A stretch of 64,000 bases of DNA from Bdellovibrionota bacterium. GTDB taxonomy: Bacteria; Bdellovibrionota_G; JALEGL01; DATDPG01. How positions within the stretch are numbered: the stretch's first letter is position 1; each line of letters begins with the position of its first letter. The DNA lies in the NCBI GenBank assembly GCA_963668355.1, contig OY764265.1:1632001-1696000 (forward strand), in the 5' to 3' direction. The position numbers were made by a program, and so were the translations under genes. Below the pieces are notes generated by a model that saw only the letters and a program-made list of their open reading frames with translations, was not told the DNA's origin and did not search any database. Below are positions 39,254 to 49,216 of this stretch, piece after piece.

Positions 39254-39601
39254 TTACCCTTTGAAATGTGTTTTTCGGAACCCCTTCGCGAGTTCTCCCC
39301 GTTTTTGTAAATTATCCAACAAAAGCTTTCGAATGTCCTCTCCAACTTTATGAAGGCGAGCGTCGGTCAAACGATAAAAGACGGTCTTCCCTTCCTTTCG
39401 CGTTGTGACAATGTGTCTGGAGCGGAGAACCCTCAGATGTTGGCTGACATTGCTTAGGCGGGTCTTCATGATTGTGACCAATTCCCCGACGCTCATCTCT
39501 CCTTTGCTTAAAAGAGAGATGATCATGAGCCGCTTTGCGTTAGCAATGGTTTGGCAAAATTCGGCATGAAGCTCGAATAAGTGTTTTTCTTTTGAATTCA
39601 T
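39254..39601 (-). CDS. ArsR/SmtB family transcriptional regulator
   Basis: ANAKRLMIISLL...EMSVGEL...SNVSQHLRVLR...RKEGKTVFYRL winged HTH; first gene of an arsR-cydAB operon. Confidence 0.9.
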   Translation of the reverse strand: MNSKEKHLFELHAEFCQTIANAKRLMIISLLSKGEMSVGELVTIMKTRLSNVSQHLRVLRSRHIVTTRKEGKTVFYRLTDARLHKVGEDIRKLLLDNLQKRGELAKGFRKTHFKG

Positions 39602-39686
39602 AGTTGCGAAAGTTTGAAACTATAGTAAGAAAACAATTGGAATAGTCAACCAAAGGTTTTCTTGATCTTAGAAAAGAGGGTTAAGC

Positions 39687-40238
39687 ATGAACATGAAATT
39701 CGTTCGAAATTTTTCCTGGGCCATCGGAATCTTCTTGGTTGGATGTGCGCCGATCAAAGTGCAAACCTTTGTAGATCCCTATCGAGCGGTTTCGGATCTT
39801 CATACTTGGACATTTTCTCCTGGAGCGGGTGCTTGTTTCTGTGCGGAGGGGGTTTCCGGAACCTATCGCATGAAAAGGCTCAAGGAGGAGTTTCTCAGTC
39901 AATTGGGAAATCATGGGTATACGTTTGTAAAAGGACAAGAAGCCGACATGTATTTGAACTATCGATGTATGGTGGATCGAAAAATTGTTCAAAAGGTGTT
40001 TATCAATCCAGCTGATGTTGAACGTGGGGGTGTTAAGACCTCTCAGGCTGAATGCGAATTCAAAGAGGGGCAGTTAACTGCCTATATGTTGGATAAAACT
40101 TCGAATATTCTTTGGCAAGGGAATGCCCAGGTGCGCATCTCTCAGACCAACAGCAAGGAAGACATTCGAAGCCGTGTTCATCAGGTGGTTCATGCGTTGT
40201 TGGAAAATTTTCCAGTTCGACTTGAGGGAAAAGATTAA
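39687..40238 (+). CDS. DUF4136-like lipoprotein
   Basis: Lipobox LVGC; EGQLTAYMLDKTSNILWQG and LLENFP pattern. Confidence 0.7.
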   Translation: MNMKFVRNFSWAIGIFLVGCAPIKVQTFVDPYRAVSDLHTWTFSPGAGACFCAEGVSGTYRMKRLKEEFLSQLGNHGYTFVKGQEADMYLNYRCMVDRKIVQKVFINPADVERGGVKTSQAECEFKEGQLTAYMLDKTSNILWQGNAQVRISQTNSKEDIRSRVHQVVHALLENFPVRLEGKD

Positions 40239-40268
40239 AAACACGGCTGTTTGAGAAAAGGAGAGAGA

Positions 40269-40739
40269 ATGATGCTTGGAGTTTTGATTGGTTTTGTGTT
40301 GGGACTGCTTTTGACCGGGATTGCAATATTTGTTTTGGCTCCTCGAATGATGTTGATGGAGGACCGAAGTAACCTAGGATTTCAAGAGACCGTTGATACC
40401 ATCGAAAAAATAGCTCTTGAAGCGGATTGGCAAGTGCCGTCTATCCATCCGGTCTCCAACTCTGTTGCCAAAGCGGGGTATTCTGTCCGACCGGCCACCG
40501 TGGTTGAACTCTGTCATCCCGTCTTGGCTGGACAAATTTTGGGCAGCAACGAGGGACGAAAGGTGGTTCCCTTGATGCCATGTCGAGTGGCTGTGTATGA
40601 GAATGAAGACGGTTCGGTTACGATTTCTCGGATGAACTCTGTGTTGATGAGCAAGCTTTTTGGGGGAATTGTACACAAAGTCATGTCCAAGGCGGCAGGC
40701 GAGAACGAAGAAATGTTCAAACCTCTTTTGAAGAAATAA
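40269..40739 (+). CDS. DUF302 domain protein with N-terminal membrane anchor
   Basis: TM anchor; VELCHP and LMPCRVAVYE motifs. ATG 40269 follows AGGAG (the track starts it at 40251). Confidence 0.8.
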   Translation: MMLGVLIGFVLGLLLTGIAIFVLAPRMMLMEDRSNLGFQETVDTIEKIALEADWQVPSIHPVSNSVAKAGYSVRPATVVELCHPVLAGQILGSNEGRKVVPLMPCRVAVYENEDGSVTISRMNSVLMSKLFGGIVHKVMSKAAGENEEMFKPLLKK

Positions 40740-40757
40740 AGAAAGGAGAGGAGGGAT

Positions 40758-41147
40758 ATGGAAGCTGTTTTTCCACATGGAAAACGAGTGGATGTCCAAA
40801 TCGGACAATTTGATATTCCAACGGATCAATCCAAAGCCAATGGGGGAGAGAGTTCTGCGCCAGAGCCCTTTGACCTTTTCTTGGCCTCGATCGTGGCTTG
40901 TGCAGGAATTTATGCGAAGAGTTTTTGTGATGTGAGAAAGTTGAATACCGAAGGAATGAAACTCACACAAGAGCTCAAACGAAACGCAGATACGCGAGTG
41001 ATTGAAGAGATTTCTTTGAAGCTCCACGTACCTGCGGATTTTCCAGAAAAATATGAAAGGCCTGTTTTGAAAGCGATGAATTCATGCTCGGTGAAGAAAC
41101 AACTCCGATCCGACATTGAATTTAAGTCAACCGTCGTGCGCAGGTAA
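40758..41147 (+). CDS. OsmC family protein
   Basis: TDQSKANGGESSAPEPFDLFLASIVACAG and FPEKY...SCSVKK; SD AGGAGAGGAGG. Confidence 0.85.
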   Translation: MEAVFPHGKRVDVQIGQFDIPTDQSKANGGESSAPEPFDLFLASIVACAGIYAKSFCDVRKLNTEGMKLTQELKRNADTRVIEEISLKLHVPADFPEKYERPVLKAMNSCSVKKQLRSDIEFKSTVVRR

Positions 41148-41166
41148 GCCCGACTTTAATCTTTGC

Positions 41167-41889
41167 TCACTTTCCGAAAAGAAAGTCGAAGAATCTGGAT
41201 TTATATTCTTCGAGGAATTCCTGCTGAGCTTCGTGAAGCACATTTTCGTCTGGATTCCGAAGAGCATTGTAAGGGAGCTTCACCACGACATAGGGCTCCT
41301 CATCCGATTCTTTGACAGTGCTGACGAAGCCTCCCTTTCCGGGCATGTAAATGGCAAAAACGACCCGAATGGTTTTGAAGCGTTTGAGTCGCTCCATGTG
41401 GTTCAGATTGAAGGAAATGAAGAGAGGTAACGTATCTTTCCATTCTTTGATCTTCATTTTGGCGAAGGCTCTTCCGAAGGGAAGAAAGAGTTTTCCCAAG
41501 GATCCTCGGGTCTGTAAGCCTCTCTCAATTTGCGAAACCACTTTTTCTGCGTGGAGCATGAGTTGTTCTTCCAGTTCGGAATCGAAGTCTTTCGGAATAT
41601 ATTCCAGGTAATAATCTTGATTTTGGTTGGCCCAAGCGACTCGGAGCAAGGTGACATAGACATCCCTAACAATATCGTCTCTGTTTAGATAGAAAGGATG
41701 ACTTTCTCCTTGAGAAATCATGGAAACGCCGGAAATGATATCGTCGGCTTTTCTGAGTGCGAACTCAGCGTAGGCAATGTTCATTTCGTCGTAATTCGGA
41801 AAAACGATCTTGGGAGCTTCAGATTGCGCGTGGGTTGAGTTTACAAGAATGAGTGCCAAAAAACCGAAGACCAAAAATGCTTTTTGCAT
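41167..41889 (-). CDS. Secreted hypothetical protein
   Basis: Signal peptide MQKAFLVFGFLALILVNSTHA after SD AGGGGG; no recognised domain. Confidence 0.65.
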   Translation of the reverse strand: MQKAFLVFGFLALILVNSTHAQSEAPKIVFPNYDEMNIAYAEFALRKADDIISGVSMISQGESHPFYLNRDDIVRDVYVTLLRVAWANQNQDYYLEYIPKDFDSELEEQLMLHAEKVVSQIERGLQTRGSLGKLFLPFGRAFAKMKIKEWKDTLPLFISFNLNHMERLKRFKTIRVVFAIYMPGKGGFVSTVKESDEEPYVVVKLPYNALRNPDENVLHEAQQEFLEEYKSRFFDFLFGK

Positions 41890-42111
41890 AAAACCCCCTA
41901 CCGTAGAAACTTTAAATAAGGAATTAGCAGAAAGATCGAAACAACGCAACGCATCTACTCAGCGAGTGCCTAACCCCCTAATTTTATTTCTGAAAAAAGT
42001 TTATTGGCTCGGCTTAGGTTCTCCCCAAAGGCTTTCCGGAATCTCGATGGCCTCCTGCCAAAACGCTGTGTTTGATTTTAGGATGGGTTGATTTTTGTTG
42101 TCGAGAAAAAA

Positions 42112-43485
42112 TTACTTGGGTCCGAGAAAACGGAAAGTGCTTTGGACGATTTTGCCAGTTTCCTCTTCTTTGACCTGGATCGACATGGGAAAAGACGTTT
42201 GGAACGTTTTTTCAGGGACCTCTACAAATAAAGGGATTCGACGGTCTTCCAAACGCTTAAGCGTTACTTCTCGGACGGGAAGGGTGATGCTTTCTCCTTG
42301 CGTGGCCTTCGGTTCAATCAGGAGCGTCATTTGATCCGACATTTTATTGAATAGGTGGATTTCAAATTGATTACGTATTTTTCCCTCCGTTAAGACATAC
42401 GGTGGACCCACCAATCTAAGAACATTGGCTTCGAATGGAGTGTGTTTTCGAAGGAAGCCTGCAAACATCAGCACGCCAATGAGAAACAAAGCGGAGTATG
42501 CAATGACTCGGGGGCGGAGGAATTTCTTCGCCTTTCCAGCTAAACCATTTAAGGAATCATAGCGAACGAGACCTTTCGGTTTTCCAATTTTTTCCATGAC
42601 TTCGTCACAGGCATCAATGCAATTTGCACACCCAATGCAATCCAATTGAAGACCATTTCGAATGTCTATTCCGGTTGGGCAGACAACGACACATCGATCA
42701 CAATCGATGCAGTCTCCTGTGTTGGGGTCTGTTTTCTTTCCCCTGGGCTCACCCCGTTTCTCATCATATCCAATCACCAACGTATCGTCGTCGGTTAGAA
42801 GGCTTTGAAATCGGCCGTAGGGGCAAACGATGACGCAAACTTGTTCGCGAAACCAAGAGAAATCAAGGTAGATCAATGCCGTGACGCCACAAAGCCAGAG
42901 ACTTAGAACCGGATGGGAAGAAGGTCCGAGCTTTAAGAGGTCGAAAATGGATGGAATGGGGACAAAATAGGCGATGAAGATGAGAGAAATCAGAAGGGAT
43001 GCCAGCAGGAAAATGGCGTGTTTGATCGAAAATAGAGAAATCTTTTTTGCAGTCCAAGAAGATTGGGAGAGCCGAACTTGTTCATTTCGATTGCCTTCCA
43101 CCCATCGCTCGATCTTTCGAAAAAAACCATCCATGAGAACGGTCTGAGGGCAACTCCATCCGCACCAAACTCGTCCCCAAATGGCCGTGACGAAAAAGAG
43201 TGTGAAGGCAAGGCCCGAGACCAAAAAGAAGATGAGGTAAATGTCCTGAGCGTTAAAACTCAAGCCAAAAAGATAAAAATGTCGGCGTTGAATATCCAGA
43301 AGGATGAGTCTTTGACCTTGAATCGAAATAAAAGGAAGAATCGCAAACAATAGAAGAAGAAAATTGTAGGCCCATGTTTTGCCTTTTTGGAAACGTCCTT
43401 TTACATCGGCGACACGTACTTTTTCCCGACTTCCATCCGCACGAATGGAACTCTTTCGGGCATAAGCCGGAAGAATTGTAGGCAT
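42112..43485 (-). CDS. ccoG: Cytochrome c oxidase accessory Fe-S protein CcoG/FixG
   Basis: GRVWCGWSCPQT, FREQVCVIVCPYGRFQS, CIDCDRCVVVCPTGIDIR and CIGCANCIDAC. Confidence 0.95.
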   Translation of the reverse strand: MPTILPAYARKSSIRADGSREKVRVADVKGRFQKGKTWAYNFLLLLFAILPFISIQGQRLILLDIQRRHFYLFGLSFNAQDIYLIFFLVSGLAFTLFFVTAIWGRVWCGWSCPQTVLMDGFFRKIERWVEGNRNEQVRLSQSSWTAKKISLFSIKHAIFLLASLLISLIFIAYFVPIPSIFDLLKLGPSSHPVLSLWLCGVTALIYLDFSWFREQVCVIVCPYGRFQSLLTDDDTLVIGYDEKRGEPRGKKTDPNTGDCIDCDRCVVVCPTGIDIRNGLQLDCIGCANCIDACDEVMEKIGKPKGLVRYDSLNGLAGKAKKFLRPRVIAYSALFLIGVLMFAGFLRKHTPFEANVLRLVGPPYVLTEGKIRNQFEIHLFNKMSDQMTLLIEPKATQGESITLPVREVTLKRLEDRRIPLFVEVPEKTFQTSFPMSIQVKEEETGKIVQSTFRFLGPK

Positions 43486-43491
43486 ATCAAA

Positions 43492-44070
43492 TTAGCCTTT
43501 TTCTCCCTGAGGGGCTTTTGCGTTAGGTGGGTTGTTCCCTTGAAGCGTAAGGACGTAGGCCGCAACATTTTGGATTTGTTTTGACGTTAGCATGGTTTTC
43601 CAGGAGATCATTCCTTTCTCAGGCACACCTTCCGTGATCGTATGCAGAATGTCCGTAGGTTTTCCCCCATGTATCCAGTACTCGTCCGTCATATTGGGTC
43701 CGATTCCACCTCCGCCGAGAGATCCGTGGCAGGCTGTACAATGAACGGTCCATGTGTTCTTTGCATCCGCCATGGCGCTTCCATCGTTTACCAACGCGCG
43801 AATTTCTTCGTCGGTGACACTGACCTTCTCCGCGGACTCCACAGGAGAATGCATGGCTTTGTGAAGTGCCAATTCTTTTTCCATTTCCTCCTTTTGGTAG
43901 TTCCCAGTTTGGAACACATAATAATGGACCCAATAAACAATCCCGAAAATGATCGAAAGGTAGAAAATGCCTAACCACCACTTCGGCAGATTGTTGTCGT
44001 ACTCTTGGATTCCGTCGTATTGATCTTCGCGGATTTGATCTTGTTCAACCTTATGTTCTTCGTGTTCCAC
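43492..44070 (-). CDS. ccoP: cbb3 oxidase subunit III (monoheme CcoP)
   Basis: YDGIQEYDNNLPKWW N-terminal signature; a single CTACH; GPNMTDEYWIHGG and KGMISW. Confidence 0.9.
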   Translation of the reverse strand: MEHEEHKVEQDQIREDQYDGIQEYDNNLPKWWLGIFYLSIIFGIVYWVHYYVFQTGNYQKEEMEKELALHKAMHSPVESAEKVSVTDEEIRALVNDGSAMADAKNTWTVHCTACHGSLGGGGIGPNMTDEYWIHGGKPTDILHTITEGVPEKGMISWKTMLTSKQIQNVAAYVLTLQGNNPPNAKAPQGEKG

Positions 44071-44071
44071 G

Positions 44072-44236
44072 TTACTTCTCCTCCGTTAGGGGCAAGTACT
44101 CCGGACCTTCATGGTGGGTGTTCGGATGTGTTCTCCAGATTTTCCAAACGATCACCAGGAATAGAAGGCAAAAGAAAACCAGGGCTGCGAGGGCGAAGCC
44201 CAAGGGACTGTTTTGTTCCATGAGTTGCCGGATCAT
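44072..44236 (-). CDS. ccoQ: cbb3 oxidase small subunit CcoQ (54 aa, below the ORF-track cutoff)
   Basis: Hand translation MIRQLMEQNSPLGFALAALVFFCLLFLVIVWKIWRTHPNTHHEGPEYLPLTEEK; ATGA overlap with the ccoNO stop; one TM; LPL.E tail; lies between ccoO and ccoP. Confidence 0.8.
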   Translation of the reverse strand: MIRQLMEQNSPLGFALAALVFFCLLFLVIVWKIWRTHPNTHHEGPEYLPLTEEK

Positions 44237-46530
44237 TGTTGGGACTCCTTTGGTTGATCCTTCATGTCTTTTCCAAGGCGTTGCAAATAGGCAATGATCG
44301 CCAAGATTTCCGCGTCCGGATTGACTTCAATTTGATCCTTCGCCAGGGAATCGGCCAATTCCTTAGCCTGACTCTTTGCAGACTGAATGGAAGTTTTGAC
44401 TTCCTCGTCGGTGTAGGGAACTCCTATTTTTTGCAGTGTGCGCATCCGATCCGGAAGCGTTGCCAATTCCATATGTTGTGATTGCATATTGGAGTAATTC
44501 GGCATGATAGATCCTGCTGAAGTGGATCGGGGATCGATCATATGTTTGTAATGCCAGAGATTGGGGTACTTTCCACCCAAACGATGGAGGTCCGGACCCG
44601 TACGTTTCGAACCCCATTGAAAAGGAGTGTCATAAACATACTCCCAAGCTTCGGATCGAGGTCCATATCGGAGGACTTCGTGCATGAGCGTTCGAACCAT
44701 TTGTGTATGACAGGTGTAGCACCCTTCTCGGATGTAGATGTCTCTTCCCACCAGTTCCAAGGGTTCATAAGGCGTCGCCTTTCCTTCAATGGGGACGGCC
44801 TCTTTGATCGCAACCGCCGGAATGATTTGCACCGCTCCACCAATGAGTATGGCCACGAGTGTCAAAACGGTGAAAAGGAGAGCCCTTCCTTCCAAGGCAT
44901 GATGCCATGAATGGCCCCCCGGACGGTCCACCTTAAAGCCGATGAGAAAGGCCGCGGCTACCACCAAGATGATCAATAAGGTGAGAACCAAAACGGCGAC
45001 AACAATATTATGCGTCCCCAAAAGAAGCATCAATATCAAGCCGATGGCCAGAAGTCCCATCGTTGGACTGAAAATCAGTCTCTTCCAGGAGATGGGATCT
45101 TTTTTAAGAGATTCATCTATGACGACATCTACGGCTCCATTATGGGCTTTTCCAGAGCGCATGGTTTTGAACAGGTTGAATGCCATCAGGCAGAACGTAG
45201 CTAGGTATAATATTCCGCCGATCAACCGCATCATATACATGAGTTGAGATTTCGAAATGGCTTCCAAGAAGTTGGGGTAAAGGAGTGTTCCTTCGTCGGT
45301 GAGGGCTCTCCACATCAATCCCTGGGTCAATCCACTGGCCCACATGGCCGAGATGTAAAGCAAGATTCCAAACAGGCCGATCCAGAAATGAAAGTTGGCC
45401 AATTTCTGGGAGTAAAGCTCCGTCTTGTACAGACGAGGAACCATCCAATACAGAACGCCAGCGGCCATGAAGCCATTCCACCCCAAGGTTCCGCCGTGAA
45501 CATGACCAATGATCCAGTCGGTGTTGTGTGCCAAAGCATTGATGGTTTTGATGGAGAGTAAGGGACCTTCCAAGGTGGACATTCCATAGAACGTAATGGA
45601 TGCCGCCAGGAACTTTACGATTGGATCCGTTCGAAGTTTGTCCCATGCTCCACGCAGGGTAAGAAGTCCGTTGATCATTCCACCCCAGCTGGGAGCCCAT
45701 AGAGCGATGCTGAAAATAACCCCCAACATTTGGGCCCAATCGGGAAGTGCGGAGTAGAGAAGGTGGTGGGGTCCGGCCCAGATATAAAGAAAAATCAAAG
45801 CCCAGAAATGAATGACCGAAAGACGATAGGAGTAGATCGGTCGATTGACCGCTTTGGGCACGTAATAATACATGAGTCCCAGGATTGGCGTGGTCAAAAA
45901 GAAGGCCACGGCGTTATGTCCATACCACCATTGAACCAACGCATCTTGAACCCCGGTGAAAAGCGAATACGAATGAAGCCAAGAAGTCGGAAGGCTTAAA
46001 TTATTTACAATGTGAAGAACGCCTACCGTTAGAATGGAGGCAATATAAAACCAAATGGCGACATAAATTTGCTTTTCATTTCGTTTGGCCAAGGTCCAGA
46101 AGTAGTTGACGGCAAAGAGAACCCAGACGACGGCGATGGCAATGTCCAAGGGCCAAATCAATTCGGCATATTCTTTGGATTGTGTCAGGCCCAAGGGAAG
46201 CGTGATGGCCGCACCGACAATGATGAATTGCCAACCCCAGAAATGAAACCAACTCAAAAAGTCGGACGCCATGCGTGTTTTTAGGAGTCGTTGCGTGGAG
46301 TAATACATTCCCGCGAACATCGAATTTCCGACAAAAGCAAAGATGGCGGCATTGGTATGCAGAGGCCGAAGTCTTCCGAACGTGAACCATGGCTCCATAT
46401 TGGTTTGCCAAAAGGCCATCTGCATGGCGACAATCACGCCCAAAAGTAGGGCAACGACGCCCCAAATGATTGTAGCCCAAGAAAAGTACCGAACGACTTG
46501 ATCGTCAAAGGTGATTTGTTTCGTCTGCAT
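44233..46530 (-). CDS. ccoNO: cbb3-type cytochrome c oxidase fused subunits I/II
   Basis: FGRLRPLHTN, QWWYGHNAV, WAGPHHL and IGHVH, then the CcoO part REGCYTCHTQMVR, QWGSKRTGPDL and SIMP. Confidence 0.95.
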   Translation of the reverse strand: MQTKQITFDDQVVRYFSWATIIWGVVALLLGVIVAMQMAFWQTNMEPWFTFGRLRPLHTNAAIFAFVGNSMFAGMYYSTQRLLKTRMASDFLSWFHFWGWQFIIVGAAITLPLGLTQSKEYAELIWPLDIAIAVVWVLFAVNYFWTLAKRNEKQIYVAIWFYIASILTVGVLHIVNNLSLPTSWLHSYSLFTGVQDALVQWWYGHNAVAFFLTTPILGLMYYYVPKAVNRPIYSYRLSVIHFWALIFLYIWAGPHHLLYSALPDWAQMLGVIFSIALWAPSWGGMINGLLTLRGAWDKLRTDPIVKFLAASITFYGMSTLEGPLLSIKTINALAHNTDWIIGHVHGGTLGWNGFMAAGVLYWMVPRLYKTELYSQKLANFHFWIGLFGILLYISAMWASGLTQGLMWRALTDEGTLLYPNFLEAISKSQLMYMMRLIGGILYLATFCLMAFNLFKTMRSGKAHNGAVDVVIDESLKKDPISWKRLIFSPTMGLLAIGLILMLLLGTHNIVVAVLVLTLLIILVVAAAFLIGFKVDRPGGHSWHHALEGRALLFTVLTLVAILIGGAVQIIPAVAIKEAVPIEGKATPYEPLELVGRDIYIREGCYTCHTQMVRTLMHEVLRYGPRSEAWEYVYDTPFQWGSKRTGPDLHRLGGKYPNLWHYKHMIDPRSTSAGSIMPNYSNMQSQHMELATLPDRMRTLQKIGVPYTDEEVKTSIQSAKSQAKELADSLAKDQIEVNPDAEILAIIAYLQRLGKDMKDQPKESQQ

Positions 46531-46669
46531 TCTTTTCGTCCTCTAATGGAAGCATGGACATCTCTTCCGGATGATCAAACTCTTCGTTTTTTACAGAAAA
46601 TCCGAACAGAAGGGCCGCCCCCGCAATCATAACCAGTCCAATAAATATGAGTAATATCAGAATTTTCAT
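46505..46669 (-). CDS. ccoS: cbb3 oxidase assembly protein CcoS/FixS (54 aa, below the ORF-track cutoff)
   Basis: Hand translation MKILILLIFIGLVMIAGAALLFGFSVKNEEFDHPEEMSMLPLEDEKNADETNHL; F..SVK..EFD motif; overlaps the ccoN start. Confidence 0.85.
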   Translation of the reverse strand: MKILILLIFIGLVMIAGAALLFGFSVKNEEFDHPEEMSMLPLEDEKNADETNHL

Positions 46670-46818
46670 GCAATTCTAGTTCGTTAGCTGATTTAGGTCA
46701 GGGCTTTATTCCATAAAAGGAACCATACGTCGAGGGGAGGGGGTGACGCATCGCGCTGTTCTCGGCTTCTGTAGTTGAGTTTTATCTGCGGGCGTGAGCC
46801 CGGAGATTTTAGGGGTTT

Positions 46819-49167
46819 TTAAGAAGTCACGCCGCTTCTCTTTAGCCATGTCGAAGTGACAGATATGACGGTCAGAGAACTTAAAGGCATGAGAATCGCA
46901 GCCATAAGCGGATTGATGAAGCCCAAAAGGGCAAGCAGAATGGCAATGAGATTGTACCCGACGGCAAAGCTCACATTGAATCGAACAATTTTTTTAAGGA
47001 GTTGGGCTAAATCAAACATGCGGGGTAGCCAAGTTAAGCTCGGCGAAAGAAAATAAAAATCACTTCGATCGGCCAATGTGGCCAGGTCCCAGATTGGCGT
47101 TCCGGAAAGCATGGCCGCTTCAAATGCGGGGGCATCATTCAATCCATCTCCAAGAAAAAGTGTGTCTTCTTGATCTTGCAGCCGAACAAAATCGGCTTTG
47201 GCTTCCGGAGTGCAGGCGCCTAACGATTTTTCGGGTTCAATTCCCAATTGGCGGGCCATCTCAACCACCCGTTCGGGACGGTCTCCGCTCAATTGAAAAA
47301 TTTCCTTTCCGTTGTTTTGAAGGTGCGTAACCACCTCTTTGGCGCTATCCAAAACGGTTTCGTTTAGATGGAATTGAACGATCTCTTCTCCATTTTTTTG
47401 AAAACTCACACGATAATGATGCGCTTTTTCAAATTGGGTTTTTTCTGCGGTTGGGCGGCCAACGAAATAAACGTTCCCTCTATGCTGTGCCGAGAGGCCT
47501 TTCCCGGGAATTTCTTCGATGGATAGTTCGAGGGGCGAAATGTTTTGATTATGGAGAGCGTGATAAATGGATTGGCTCGCTGGGTGGTGACTTCGAGCCG
47601 TGGCATTGAAAAGAACCTGAAGGTCAAGCGGATTGAGCTTTGAAAAATCCTCAGGGTTTTCAAGCGTAAGTCCTGCGAGTGTCAGCGTTCCGGTTTTGTC
47701 AAAAAAGATTTTTTTGACGTGAAGCAGTCTCTCCAGGAAAAAGGAATTCCTTGAAAATACGCCCAAGGCCAATAACTGTCGATTGGCGAGCACTCGCCCC
47801 AAGGGGATGGCAATACCTAAAGCGCAAGGGCAGGTGATGACACAAATGGCGATGGCTACTTCCACAGCTTTTGTCAGGTCAAAGAGACTCCACACCAAAA
47901 AGCCCATCGTAGCAAAGGCCAGAACCAACGTGACATACCATCGAGATAGCCACTGCCAAAACAGAGGGACTTGATCTTGTTTGTCTTCTGGGGGGGACAA
48001 AAGAGCAAGTCGAGAGACAGAGAAGTCAGAAGTGGCTAAGACCTCAACCGACCGATGTCCGAGGAGTTGCGCCCCTGCAGGGACTTCCTGGTCCGGTTGC
48101 AAGAGAACGGGCTTTGACTCTCCTGAAACCCAACTGAGATTGAAATCCGCAGATTCAGACGAACAGAGCTTGCTGTTGACAGGGAGCATGCCTCCACCTG
48201 GAATGATGAGTCGATCTCCCTTTTGGACTTTTGAAAAAGAAATTTCAGTGATGGTTTGGGAAATCCGAGACACTTTTAAATCTTCCAATTTTGAATCGGT
48301 CAGAAGCGTGCTGCGGTTTCGTTCCACCAGACGGTCTTGCACGTACCTTCCCGCTAACATGAGGGCGATGAAAATATTGAGTGTGTCAAAGTAGGTTTCC
48401 CCTTCGGGATGGAAAAAGAACATGTAAATCGATCCCAGGAAAGCAGCCGTAATTCCTAGAGCGATCGGGATGTCAAAATGTAGAATTCGTTTTCGAAGAG
48501 CCAACCAGGCCTTTCCCAAAAAGAAACTTCCTCCTACGCTTACGGATACCAAGGTAAAAAGGAGATTGAGTGTTTGGAAGAAGGTAAACAAGCTTCCTTC
48601 TTCAGAGGTCATTCCGACATATACGCTGATGGATAATATCATCGAGTTCATAGCAATGACTGTGCAGATTCCCAGGCGAAGGAGCAGTCCCGAACTTTGA
48701 CTTCTCTTTTCTTCTTCCTTTAATGGAGCGGTCCGGTAGCCGAAAGACTGAAGCTCTTCTAAAAAACTTTTTAAATCAAATGAGTCCGGAACAAACTTGA
48801 TGCGCAATCGTCCCAAAGCGCTATTAATGGAGACCTGGACATTCTCTCTTCGTCTGGCCAATTCGCGTATGAGCCAAACACATGCGGCACATTGTACCCC
48901 CTCCAGACTCAAGTCCACCTGACCCTCTTTCAAACCGGGAAGGGTATCCATCCATTCAAAGTTTTTTCGTCTCGAAAAATAATTGAGCAGGGGAGCGGTT
49001 CTCTTATTTCGCAGTTCGTAGTAGCGATCCAAAGAACAGCCCTGGATCATTTTATGAACGGCTTCACATCCGCCACAACAATACTCCGTGTGAAGCCACG
49101 CTTTTGGGATGGGTGTCCCGCAGTGAATGCAGAGTTTGGGGTCTTTTTTCGATGCGGTCTGGGACAC
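46819..49167 (-). CDS. ccoI: Copper-translocating P1B ATPase CcoI/FixI
   Basis: N-terminal CIHCG...YCCGGC, CAACVWL HMA domain, SGES, CPCALG, DKTGTLT and GDGLND. GTG 49167 chosen as probable start (the track gives 49215). Confidence 0.9.
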   Translation of the reverse strand: MSQTASKKDPKLCIHCGTPIPKAWLHTEYCCGGCEAVHKMIQGCSLDRYYELRNKRTAPLLNYFSRRKNFEWMDTLPGLKEGQVDLSLEGVQCAACVWLIRELARRRENVQVSINSALGRLRIKFVPDSFDLKSFLEELQSFGYRTAPLKEEEKRSQSSGLLLRLGICTVIAMNSMILSISVYVGMTSEEGSLFTFFQTLNLLFTLVSVSVGGSFFLGKAWLALRKRILHFDIPIALGITAAFLGSIYMFFFHPEGETYFDTLNIFIALMLAGRYVQDRLVERNRSTLLTDSKLEDLKVSRISQTITEISFSKVQKGDRLIIPGGGMLPVNSKLCSSESADFNLSWVSGESKPVLLQPDQEVPAGAQLLGHRSVEVLATSDFSVSRLALLSPPEDKQDQVPLFWQWLSRWYVTLVLAFATMGFLVWSLFDLTKAVEVAIAICVITCPCALGIAIPLGRVLANRQLLALGVFSRNSFFLERLLHVKKIFFDKTGTLTLAGLTLENPEDFSKLNPLDLQVLFNATARSHHPASQSIYHALHNQNISPLELSIEEIPGKGLSAQHRGNVYFVGRPTAEKTQFEKAHHYRVSFQKNGEEIVQFHLNETVLDSAKEVVTHLQNNGKEIFQLSGDRPERVVEMARQLGIEPEKSLGACTPEAKADFVRLQDQEDTLFLGDGLNDAPAFEAAMLSGTPIWDLATLADRSDFYFLSPSLTWLPRMFDLAQLLKKIVRFNVSFAVGYNLIAILLALLGFINPLMAAILMPLSSLTVISVTSTWLKRSGVTS

Positions 49168-49216
49168 GGGGAGGGTTTTACAGGAGTTTTGTTGGCTGAT
49201 AAACCTTGTCCTCAAT

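Noticed and set aside
39254..39601. SqrR/BigR-type persulfide sensor controlling cydAB
   Set aside because: It has only one Cys (AEFCQ), not the two-Cys arrangement of SqrR/BigR; the inducer cannot be inferred.
46688..46701. FNR-like box CTGAT-TTAG-GTCAG upstream of ccoS
   Set aside because: Three mismatches to TTGAT-N4-ATCAA and centred only about 25 nt from the ATG, too close for a class II activator site; insufficient support.
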